A stretch of 32,000 nt of DNA, taken from contig JBHLKY010000008.1 in NCBI GenBank assembly GCA_048886185.1, positions 60,001 to 92,000 on the forward strand, written 5' to 3'. The number at the start of each line of letters is the position of its first letter. The stretch's first letter is position 1. Under the pieces are notes generated by a model that made no database searches, was not told the origin of the DNA, and saw nothing but the letters and a program-made list of their open reading frames with translations. Both the position numbers and the translations under genes were made by a program. Positions 9,718 through 18,083 of this stretch are shown in pieces. The stretch comes from Candidatus Hermodarchaeota archaeon. GTDB taxonomy: Archaea; Asgardarchaeota; Heimdallarchaeia; Hodarchaeales; Hodarchaeaceae.

Positions 9718-11412
9718 ATGTATCGTCAAAATACAGTATTGAATGACTTTGTAAATTTCTTGAAAGCACGAGGGCGGTTCCGTGAAATTGAATTCATAGA
9801 AAACAGTGTACATGCAACCCCACGGATTCCTGACTTACCAAGTCTGGTTTTTTATATCGAAGAAGATCGTCAGGAACAATATTATACTTTGGAAATTCAT
9901 GGTAATGAATCAACAGTTATGAATCGAGAGATCCAAGAATTTTTTCATTTAAATCAATTGGGATTAAAGACAATAAAGGTCAAATTCTACCTTACCACAG
10001 AGGGTGGTGATTCCCTTATTGTTGAAACTGAAGGGATTGGCTCACCATTTGATACCTTGGTAGATCAAATTAATAGTCTTTTTGACACACAACAATATTC
10101 TATCAATTCGACTCAAAAAACACTTATTTTCAGCTCTAATGTGACTAATTCTAATATTAGACAGTTACATTCAGCTCAAATCGCTGAAAAACAAACTCGA
10201 ATACAATCAAAATCCCCAAAGAACTCATTAATTGAACCAAAAATTGAATTGAGAAGAAATACTCATGAGACTCCTTATCACCTCAAACAAACTCATCAAA
10301 ATAACGAAATTTCACGAGAAAACAATAATGATCAATTGACAGATATAATAACCTCTCCTGAAGAAGTAATACTTTCAAATATAGAAAAGAGGAGAAACAA
10401 ATCCTTGTCATTTTCCACTGATAAACCAAAATCTCCAGATCAAATTATCTCAAGTCTTCCATCAGAAGGACAAGAACTCTTTGATTTTAAAAAAGAACCT
10501 AGCAGTAAATCTTCACAGGAAGATGACCTTTTTGAGCATGAGAGCTCAATTGAAGATTTAGAAAAAGATCTTTTTCATCCTAAACCACCTCAGAAAGACT
10601 ATTCAAGAAATATCAAGCCATATCTTAAACAAACGACATCATTATTCAGACGAGATAATTGGGAAGAAGATTTACCAACCGAACTCGAGATGGAAATCCT
10701 CGAACGTACATATATGCGAATAAAACATCGAACTAAACCAGAAATTCTGGCCAAAGACCTGAATATTCCCATTGATGATGCAGAAATCTATCTACGCTCT
10801 CTTATCGCGAAAGGACTACTTCGCACTCAGGTGGGCTGGTATATAATTAAGAAAAGCCATTTACCATTTTTTAAGAAGACCTTTAGTGATGGGGAGAAAA
10901 AAAAGAAGAAGAAAAAATCTCCTCGTATCTCTCGAGTAGGTGAAGGACTAACACAGGAAGAAATATCTACAATAAAAGCAATTAAATCTCGACCCAATTT
11001 AAAGGCTCAATCAAATCTCCTAACACGACCAACTGGTTTAAAGCAAAGTGTTCTGAAAGAAGTATTACGGAATTTGGTTGAGAAAGGTATTCTACGTGTC
11101 TCATATGGCTGGTATATACTCAAAGATAAGCATATATTAGAGCACAAAAGAGGCCCTATCACTGAAAACGCCCCTGAAACGAAATATAAAATTCCAAAAA
11201 ACTTAGATCTCACTCAGTTTGAAGAAAAGGTGATCCAAGCTCTTTTACAACGACCCCATTACAAAGCACAATCAAATCTACTTGCACCTGATTTAAAAAT
11301 GCCAAAAGAACAGATTAAACAAGTTTTACGAGATTTAGTTGAAAAAAATATTTGTAATGTAAAATTTGGTTGGTACTGCCTTAAGGATCCAAAACAATTT
11401 CAGAAAGCTTGA
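9718..11412 (+). CDS. Hypothetical protein: N-terminal globular domain, low-complexity linker, three tandem winged-helix repeats
   Basis: Long ORF with three ~64-aa repeats (about 10663-10860, 10942-11133, 11203-11394), each ending L..L..KG/N..-x5-GWY.(I/L)K. Repeats 2 and 3 share KAQSNLL. Confidence 0.7.
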   Translation: MYRQNTVLNDFVNFLKARGRFREIEFIENSVHATPRIPDLPSLVFYIEEDRQEQYYTLEIHGNESTVMNREIQEFFHLNQLGLKTIKVKFYLTTEGGDSLIVETEGIGSPFDTLVDQINSLFDTQQYSINSTQKTLIFSSNVTNSNIRQLHSAQIAEKQTRIQSKSPKNSLIEPKIELRRNTHETPYHLKQTHQNNEISRENNNDQLTDIITSPEEVILSNIEKRRNKSLSFSTDKPKSPDQIISSLPSEGQELFDFKKEPSSKSSQEDDLFEHESSIEDLEKDLFHPKPPQKDYSRNIKPYLKQTTSLFRRDNWEEDLPTELEMEILERTYMRIKHRTKPEILAKDLNIPIDDAEIYLRSLIAKGLLRTQVGWYIIKKSHLPFFKKTFSDGEKKKKKKKSPRISRVGEGLTQEEISTIKAIKSRPNLKAQSNLLTRPTGLKQSVLKEVLRNLVEKGILRVSYGWYILKDKHILEHKRGPITENAPETKYKIPKNLDLTQFEEKVIQALLQRPHYKAQSNLLAPDLKMPKEQIKQVLRDLVEKNICNVKFGWYCLKDPKQFQKA

Positions 11413-11692
11413 GGTATAGGTATTTTTATTACCTCTGTTCCTTAAGTAATTCATCTAGGGGAATTTTCTTTTCATAATTCTTTTTTTTTATGATTTTTTT
11501 TATGTAGTTCCTCTGAAATCCTTCTTAACAGTCCTTTCTGAGTATCTACAAAGAAAAAAGGATAGAATTATACAAAGGTTGGAAATCCATAGGACAAACA
11601 ATATAAAAGAAGTTGCTTCAATTAACCCAAAATAGAAAACTCTTCTCAAATATACCCATACCAGAAAAAAAGAGAATAGAAGACGGAATCTT

Positions 11693-12469
11693 ATGACAAG
11701 TGAAACACATTCAAGCCCAGCAGTCGGTTATCCCCTCAAAGTGAAAACACCAGAGGAGACATCCGCTAAACTAAAGCACAAAACAATGCCAAAACGATTT
11801 CACAACGATAAACTTATGTTAATGACTTTGGGTATAGCTACAATTATAACCTTCCTAATTTATACACTCCCAGATTGGGTGTTTATAGAAATTCCCACAC
11901 GAGATATAATACACACAATACTGAATCTCATCGGCATAGAAAACTACATGATTCCCACTGCTGATCCAAGTTCTGTTATCCCTGAATTTCTACGAGGAGG
12001 TTCCTTTCCATTCCTAGAAGCAACACCACAAACTCCAGGGATCAAAATACCTTATACTGATCCCCTTCCAGATGGAGATTACTGGATTGTTAAAGCGTGC
12101 ACTGGAATGCAGGCGGGAAGTCTTCTTATTGCCATTATTATGATAACAGAAGCTCCTTGGATTGCTAAAATCCGTGCTAGTTTTGCTTTTCTTGTTGTAC
12201 TCTTTTTTGGGAACGCGTTACGCATTGCATTTCATCTTTGGTGCGTTCATTTTCTCATAACACAGTTTCAGATGGATCCAAACGAAGCTTTTTACTGGGC
12301 ACATGATGTTTCATCAAAAATCATCGGGTTTTTTGGTACAATCCTATTTGCGTTCGTCATCGAGCGATTCGGGAAGGTTCCTATCATAGATCAATTCGCT
12401 GATTGGCTAGATTGGATGTGGTGGCGACTAACAACGATTAAATCAAAAATCCTCAGCTTCAGGGAGTAG
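11693..12469 (+). CDS. Archaeosortase/exosortase family protein
   Basis: IVKACTG (catalytic Cys; A/ECxG motif), GNALRI (N..R), WAHD (His) and about 4-5 TM helices, the Cys-Arg-His layout of the exosortase/archaeosortase family. Confidence 0.8.
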   Translation: MTSETHSSPAVGYPLKVKTPEETSAKLKHKTMPKRFHNDKLMLMTLGIATIITFLIYTLPDWVFIEIPTRDIIHTILNLIGIENYMIPTADPSSVIPEFLRGGSFPFLEATPQTPGIKIPYTDPLPDGDYWIVKACTGMQAGSLLIAIIMITEAPWIAKIRASFAFLVVLFFGNALRIAFHLWCVHFLITQFQMDPNEAFYWAHDVSSKIIGFFGTILFAFVIERFGKVPIIDQFADWLDWMWWRLTTIKSKILSFRE

Positions 12470-12610
12470 AAAAAGTCGGGTCAGGTGAACTCAAAAAATT
12501 TGAAATTATGATGTGCTAAAGATTGCATGAAACGTCATTATATAAAACTTCATAAGTATGAAATGAGTTTGGATAATACAAGTACATTTTTAATTATATG
12601 CTAGAAGAGA

Positions 12611-12805
12611 GTGTCTATAATGAGTGTTCGAAAATCCAAGCGTCGAGATGAATCTCCAATGCCTGCAACTGGAGCTGGATTGATAAGATTCTATTCCGAA
12701 TCAGATTCTCCGGGGTTAAAGATGGGACCGTACTGGACTGTTGTGATAGCGGTTGTATTTGTAGCCATAATCTTGATCTTGAATTTGCTCATACTCAACG
12801 CGTAG
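12611..12805 (+). CDS. secG: Protein translocase subunit Sec61beta (archaeal SecG)
   Basis: GAGLIRFY..SDSPGLKMGP followed by a single C-terminal TM helix. An alternative ATG start lies at 12620. Confidence 0.9.
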   Translation: MSIMSVRKSKRRDESPMPATGAGLIRFYSESDSPGLKMGPYWTVVIAVVFVAIILILNLLILNA

Positions 12806-12895
12806 ATCATTTTTTACGCTTATCATATCATTTTCTAATTTATTAATTGGGGAAACTAAAAAATTAGTTTTGAGTAAGATACAGAAAAATAATCA

Positions 12896-13801
12896 GTGAA
12901 TAGGTGGAAACTTATGGTAAAAGATATTCCAATTTCCAGGATTATGACCAAGAGAGAAGATGTTGTAACGATGACCATTCCTGGGAATAGGGACATTCTA
13001 TTGGATTCGATCCGTACAACTGGTTTAAGTGTATACCCTGTCTTGAAAAAAAATTCAGATGAACTTGCTGGAATTGTTTCACGATCTGATCTTTTTAGAA
13101 ATCCCGACGAGACTCAATTATCACTCTTAATGGTTCGTGATGTCATTACACTTAAGCCCAGTGATAAAGCGATTACTGCGGCGCGGATATTTATTAGAGA
13201 AGTCTTTCAACGAATCCCCGTTGTAGATGAAAAAGATGGTAAATCTCTCGTTGGAATAGTTTCCCGTAATGATATTGTACGTAAAGTTATTGTACCAGCA
13301 AGAATTCAATTTGACATTGACAAATATTTTTCTCCAAACATCACTACTATATGGGAAGGAACACCCCTTCAAGCTGCAGCGACTATTCTTCGTTTGAGTC
13401 ATCAAAAAGGTATTCCTGTGATAAATGAAACACAAATGGTTGGAATAATTACTCAACATGACTTTCTTAAAGTGGCTGAAATCCTTGATTCGCAATCGAA
13501 AAGCCGCACAGGCCATGGAGCAGAAAATGATAGCTCATCTTGGGACAGTGAATCTGTTTTAATAATAGGGGCCAAAACTTTGACATTACCTAGTAATATG
13601 ACAGTAAGCGAGATCATGGAACGAAATGTAGAAGTTTGTTATAAAGGAAACAGTATTAACGAGATTTCACGAAAAATGAGCGGAAAAAAATTCGACCAAC
13701 TGCCTGTTGTGAGTGCAGATGGTAAATTACTTGGAATTATCAATCAAAAAGATGTCATTAGAGCCTATGTTGACAGTTATTTTGAAGATTCTCTTACCTA
13801 A
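12896..13801 (+). CDS. CBS-domain protein (four CBS repeats)
   Basis: Four CBS units (ISRIMTKRE...GIVSRSDL; RIPVVD...GIVSRNDI; GIPVI...GIITQHDF; VSEIM...QLPVV...GIINQKDV) and the W.SESVL linker typical of archaeal CBS proteins. Confidence 0.9.
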   Translation: MNRWKLMVKDIPISRIMTKREDVVTMTIPGNRDILLDSIRTTGLSVYPVLKKNSDELAGIVSRSDLFRNPDETQLSLLMVRDVITLKPSDKAITAARIFIREVFQRIPVVDEKDGKSLVGIVSRNDIVRKVIVPARIQFDIDKYFSPNITTIWEGTPLQAAATILRLSHQKGIPVINETQMVGIITQHDFLKVAEILDSQSKSRTGHGAENDSSSWDSESVLIIGAKTLTLPSNMTVSEIMERNVEVCYKGNSINEISRKMSGKKFDQLPVVSADGKLLGIINQKDVIRAYVDSYFEDSLT

Positions 13802-13896
13802 TTATATTATTTAATACTTTTTCCAGTAATTGTTTATATTTAAACCAAAGATATTTTTTGGAACACAGATTTTAACGTCAGAAGTGAAATATCAAA

Positions 13897-14736
13897 TTGT
13901 TACATACAATTGCTATTCCAGATTCGTCTGTTATTGATTGTAGTGATCTACGCTCAAAAACAGAGAAAATTTTTCAATTTGCACGAATAGCTGCCATTTT
14001 TAAAATTCAAGATATTTTGATCTATCATGACCCTTTTCTAAAACCTTCTCAAGCAAACAAAGAAAGACGCATTGTTACTAGAATTCTACAATACATTGAA
14101 TGTCCTCAGTATTTACGGAAAAGATTGTTTCCGCTTTCTCGTGATACTTCTGCTGTTGGGGTTCTCTCCCCCTTAGCAACACCTCATCATACACGCTCTA
14201 AGGAATTAAAACCGAATGAAATCAGAGAAGCTGCTATTTTTATTAACCAGAAGCGTATCGTTGCTGATGTTGGCGGACCCCAGCTCCTTGAGGTAATTTC
14301 TTCTCTAAAAATGTCTTTAATGAACAAAACTATACGTGTAACGACAAAAATTTATAAAACTGAGGAGGGATTTAAAGCAAACATCCTTCCTAGGCCTCCT
14401 AAATCACTTTATTGGGGATTTAAAGTCCATTCTTCGGCAACAACTATAGGAAAATTTCTTATTAATCGATCAGAATTTAAAATTGCCACTTCTAAATCAT
14501 GTCAACCTATCTCATCAATCTCTACTGATATTAAAAATAAAGCTAACCTTTTAGTCGCTTTTGGTGGGCCCTATCAAGGAATTCCCGAGATGCTTAAAGC
14601 TGAAGGAAAAAAAGTCAGTGATGTGTTTAACTGTTGTTATAATATTCTACAAAATTTTGGGACACGCTCATTAAGATTGGAGGAAGCAATGATGATTACT
14701 TTGAGTAAGCTTGAAGATCGACTTAGTTATAGATGA
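13897..14736 (+). CDS. SPOUT-class RNA methyltransferase, DUF171/SPOUT1 (C9orf114-like)
   Basis: IAIPDS, FQFARIAAIF, LQYIECPQYLRKRLFP, YWGFKV, LLVAFGGP, FGTRSLRLEEA motifs. Confidence 0.88.
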   Translation: MLHTIAIPDSSVIDCSDLRSKTEKIFQFARIAAIFKIQDILIYHDPFLKPSQANKERRIVTRILQYIECPQYLRKRLFPLSRDTSAVGVLSPLATPHHTRSKELKPNEIREAAIFINQKRIVADVGGPQLLEVISSLKMSLMNKTIRVTTKIYKTEEGFKANILPRPPKSLYWGFKVHSSATTIGKFLINRSEFKIATSKSCQPISSISTDIKNKANLLVAFGGPYQGIPEMLKAEGKKVSDVFNCCYNILQNFGTRSLRLEEAMMITLSKLEDRLSYR

Positions 14737-14740
14737 TTCA

Positions 14741-14908
14741 CTATTTAGCAGCTTTTCTATTAAAATATCTGAATAGTAGTATCAAGATCACAAACGATCC
14801 AAATAGCACAAGTAAAAATGGGAGTTCTGATAGGATAGTTGTTGAGGTGGGAATAGAACTACCAATAAAAAAGCTATTAATTTTTGAAAAAGAATAAAAA
14901 ATAGACAT
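14741..14908 (-). CDS. Putative 55-aa single-pass membrane protein (below the ORF-track cutoff)
   Basis: ATG at 14908 to TAG at 14741-14743 gives MSIFYSFSKINSFFIGSSIPTSTTILSELPFLLVLFGSFVILILLFRYFNRKAAK. GAGGAG lies 12 nt upstream. It has a 16-residue hydrophobic stretch followed by a basic tail. Confidence 0.55.
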   Translation of the reverse strand: MSIFYSFSKINSFFIGSSIPTSTTILSELPFLLVLFGSFVILILLFRYFNRKAAK

Positions 14909-15301
14909 CTTATATGGTTTCTCCTCTTTATCAGAATTACTTTGATAACATATCTTTTAAATTTAATCTAAAATAAATTTCCTTGAAAAATGCAGCTCTC
15001 GACTTGAATTATTGGAAATTTAATAGCTGTATTATTAAACACTATTGAGGTGGAAAGACACCCAGATTACAATTTTCAACTTATTGTGACTATAATCAAG
15101 ATCGAATTTGGTCACTTTAGGGAAAAGAGGAGAAATTATTTTCCTCTGAATAATTCAGGAATAGTGCAAGATATTATTTAGTATAGAATGAATTCCTTGG
15201 TTACCTTGTCAGCTCCTTTATGAATGACTCCAAAATCTTAAATAAATCAGTATAAATGGAAGAATTGAATTATAGAAATGTTAATATCTCATTAATTGAC
15301 T

Positions 15302-15434
15302 GCGGGGGTTCCCTAGCCAGGTCAACGGGGACAGTCTGCGGTTATTTCCATTAAAAATAAAAATGATCGTTGTGTCTAGACTCAAGATCTGTTCGCATAG
15401 GCGTTCGTGAGTTCAAATCTCACCCCCCGCACCA
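15302..15434 (+). tRNA. tRNA-Leu(CAA) with a 45-nt intron at non-canonical position 30/31; CCA encoded
   Basis: Acceptor GCGGGGG/CCCCCGC, D-stem CCC/GGG, T-arm GTGAG-TTCAAAT-CTCAC, long variable arm, ACCA end. The anticodon arm ACAGA-CTCAAGA-TCTGT forms only after removing 15335-15379. Confidence 0.95.
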
Positions 15435-15537
15435 GATGACTTGCACTCCCCCCTTTACATCAATAGTTATGTTTCCCCTCAAGATGAGTAACTTCATTAA
15501 GTATGACACATATCAGAGTATTTTCTGAGGTCTTCCC

Positions 15538-16185
15538 ATGAGCACAGAGAACATAATTCCTGGAATTACACCAACTCGTATGCAACTATTAGAATTAAAG
15601 CAAAGACTAGAACTCGCAAACAAAGGTTACGAGCTCTTGAGTGAAAAATTAGAGGCATTGACTGGAGAATTGTTCTCAACGGTCATGTTATACAAACAGA
15701 AACGTGAGAAAGTTCAAAAAACAATCAAAGAATCTCAAAATCAGTTAAATCAGTTAATAATTCAATTAGGAGAGAATACAGTCCGACATATAGCTATAGG
15801 TTATCCACGAAAGTATCAAATAGAGAGTATGAGTCGAAGATTAATGGGAATTTCAGTTCCAGTCTTCCAGGTACACAAAGAGAAAGAATTCAAAGAGAAT
15901 TTAATCTATTATTCTCTTCTTGACACTTCTGCAAGATTTGATTCAGCTCTACCTATCTTTGAGATTACTTTAGAAGCAATAATGAATTTAGTTGAGATCC
16001 AATCTACATTAAATAGACTTGCCAGAGAAATTATTGAAACAAAACGTCGTGTGAATGCTTTAAACTATATTATCATCCCTCGCATTGAAGCAACAGTGAG
16101 ATGGATTAAATTAACACTTGCAGAGCGAGAGAGAGAGGCTTTTGTGAGATTAAAAAAGGTAAAGAGGAAACTTTCGAAAAGATAA
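15538..16185 (+). CDS. atpD: A/V-type ATP synthase subunit D (central stalk), stand-alone
   Basis: PTRMQLLELKQRL.LA.KGY.LL.EK at the N-terminus; TKRRVNALNYIIIPR...I...L.ERERE.F.RLKKVK at the C-terminus. Confidence 0.92.
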   Translation: MSTENIIPGITPTRMQLLELKQRLELANKGYELLSEKLEALTGELFSTVMLYKQKREKVQKTIKESQNQLNQLIIQLGENTVRHIAIGYPRKYQIESMSRRLMGISVPVFQVHKEKEFKENLIYYSLLDTSARFDSALPIFEITLEAIMNLVEIQSTLNRLAREIIETKRRVNALNYIIIPRIEATVRWIKLTLAEREREAFVRLKKVKRKLSKR

Positions 16186-16202
16186 ACAGAAAGCATCTCT
16201 TA

Positions 16203-16946
16203 TTAGTCACGAATACGTCCACGTCGAGGCCCAGTTCGGCGTGCAGCAATTAACCCTACTTTTCTTCCTGGGGGAGCATTCCGTGACACAGTTGTGGGCC
16301 GGCCAGGGCGTTGATGAGCTCCTCCTCCAAAAGGATGTGACGCAATGTTCATAGCCACTCCTCGAACAACGGGGAATGCTTTGTGCCCTTTTGCACGCAT
16401 AAATGCCCTTTTTAGTCCGGCTTTGATAAAGGGGCGATCCGGCCGCCCACCTGCTGAAATAACTCCAATCATTGCGCGAGCATTCTGGTTAATCGTCTTT
16501 GTTCGTCTAGATGGTAATTGAACCGAGCATCCTTCTTTCGACTGGCTTCTTACAAGTCCATGAGTTCCAGAAGCCCGACATAATGCACCTCCATCTCCAG
16601 GACGCATTTCAACATTACAGATCCATATTCCTTCAGGAATTTTATGTACAGGTAAGATATTTCCAATTTCTAAAGCTGCATTGACTCCTTGTTCACATTT
16701 TTGTCCCACATGAACCCCCTCTGGAGCTGGGAGAAAACACTCACTTCCATCGTCATATTTAACAAACATCACGGGAACACCCCTGCCACGCTCATGAATA
16801 AAATCAATGATTGTATATTCGATTTTGTCATTCCGTTCTTTTTCTGTAGATGGGAGATATCTTGCTTTTCCTCGCTTTCGATGGGCTAAAGATCGAAAGG
16901 TTGGTGATCCTCGGCCACGACGCTGGACTAATATTCGTTTTCCCAT
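16203..16946 (-). CDS. rpl2: 50S ribosomal protein uL2
   Basis: MGKRILVQRRGRG, NVEMRPGDGG, VRGVAMN...HPFGGG, PPGRKVGLIAARRTG. Confidence 0.98.
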   Translation of the reverse strand: MGKRILVQRRGRGSPTFRSLAHRKRGKARYLPSTEKERNDKIEYTIIDFIHERGRGVPVMFVKYDDGSECFLPAPEGVHVGQKCEQGVNAALEIGNILPVHKIPEGIWICNVEMRPGDGGALCRASGTHGLVRSQSKEGCSVQLPSRRTKTINQNARAMIGVISAGGRPDRPFIKAGLKRAFMRAKGHKAFPVVRGVAMNIASHPFGGGAHQRPGRPTTVSRNAPPGRKVGLIAARRTGPRRGRIRD

Positions 16947-16956
16947 TGTTTACACC

Positions 16957-17232
16957 TTAGATGATACCAAACTCGGTTGCTAGATCTAACGCACTATAAT
17001 TGGGAGAAAGCTTTATGAAGGCCTTTTTCTTACCACGCGGGGTTATAAGAGTGTTAATCTTCGTAATTTTGACTTTATAGAGTTCTTCAAACGCATTTTT
17101 AATTTCATTTTTTGTCGCCCGACGGTCGACAATGAAGACCAACGCATTTTCATGAACACTGTCCATTTTATTGAAGGCTGCTTCGGTAATTAATGGATAT
17201 TTGATTATATCCTGAGGATGTCTGAATTTCAC
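16957..17232 (-). CDS. rpl23: 50S ribosomal protein uL23
   Basis: IIKYPLITE, N.LVFIVD.RATK.EIK.A.EELY.VK..KINTLITP.GKKKAFIKL; GTG start. Confidence 0.97.
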   Translation of the reverse strand: MKFRHPQDIIKYPLITEAAFNKMDSVHENALVFIVDRRATKNEIKNAFEELYKVKITKINTLITPRGKKKAFIKLSPNYSALDLATEFGII

Positions 17233-17270
17233 TTTGTTTACACCTCTTTTATCCAGATTAATTTGAATGA

Positions 17271-18077
17271 CTAATTGGATTCCTGCTCACGTAAGAATTC
17301 AATGGCTGATTTTGTCCACAGTGTTAATCTTCCAGGATGAGTCCCAGGAGCAAGGTGCTCAATGTTTAACTGGCCAACAATTACAACATCAACACCTGGT
17401 AGATTTCTTGCTGCAGCACTAATTCCATAATCATGTCCTACAACGACTAAAACTGATTTTCCCCGCTTATATTTTCTGCCTCGTCTTTTACCTTTACCTG
17501 GACGAATCTGAGAATTACGCCTTTTAGCTTTAGCTAAATCGTAAGATAAACCTAAATGATTAAAAACAATCTGAACTTCGGTGGTTTTCTTTAATGATTC
17601 GAGTTCATCACTTACAACTAGTGGTAAATACTTAATATCCTCAATAATGTGACCGCGTGATTCAACTAAAATTGGATTAGCTGTTGCAGCTATCGCTGAC
17701 ATCTTTGCAATGAATTTCTCCTTCTTGTTTATTTTCTCAGTTAAATTCTGAACACTTTTAGGTGGGTGTGTTCGACGACCCCCTACTGCGAAAGGAATGA
17801 ATGCTCCGCGATTTGCTGAACGGGTATGTGACCCTTTTACTCTTGGGATACGAGCTGCCCCACGGCCAACTCCCCAGCTCTCTGCAGACGTCCTTTTTCC
17901 AGCTAGAGGATCAACACCATATGGTATCTGACGATTTCGACGGCTAGCTAATACAGACCGCTTTATCACATCAGGGCGAAAGGGAGTTGAGAATATCGAG
18001 CTTATATTGATCTTATCGATTTCCTTTCCCTTCAAGTTATAAACGGGTACATCAGATGAACTCAATTTTCTCGCCAA
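17271..18077 (-). CDS. rpl4: 50S ribosomal protein uL4
   Basis: FRPDVIKR, AESWG.GRG.ARIPRV, GGRR.HPP, RPGKGK.RGRKY, APGTHPGRLTLWT; TTG start. Confidence 0.98.
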   Translation of the reverse strand: MARKLSSSDVPVYNLKGKEIDKINISSIFSTPFRPDVIKRSVLASRRNRQIPYGVDPLAGKRTSAESWGVGRGAARIPRVKGSHTRSANRGAFIPFAVGGRRTHPPKSVQNLTEKINKKEKFIAKMSAIAATANPILVESRGHIIEDIKYLPLVVSDELESLKKTTEVQIVFNHLGLSYDLAKAKRRNSQIRPGKGKRRGRKYKRGKSVLVVVGHDYGISAAARNLPGVDVVIVGQLNIEHLAPGTHPGRLTLWTKSAIEFLREQESN

Positions 18078-18083
18078 TTATAC

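Noticed and set aside
11411-11435. GAGGTA/TACCTC inverted repeat after the triple-wH gene
   Set aside because: A short stem with a 13-nt loop; the nearby T-tracts are a sufficient explanation for termination.
12508-12560. ATGATGT...ATGA box C/D'-like motifs upstream of sec61beta
   Set aside because: No terminal CTGA box D and no terminal stem.
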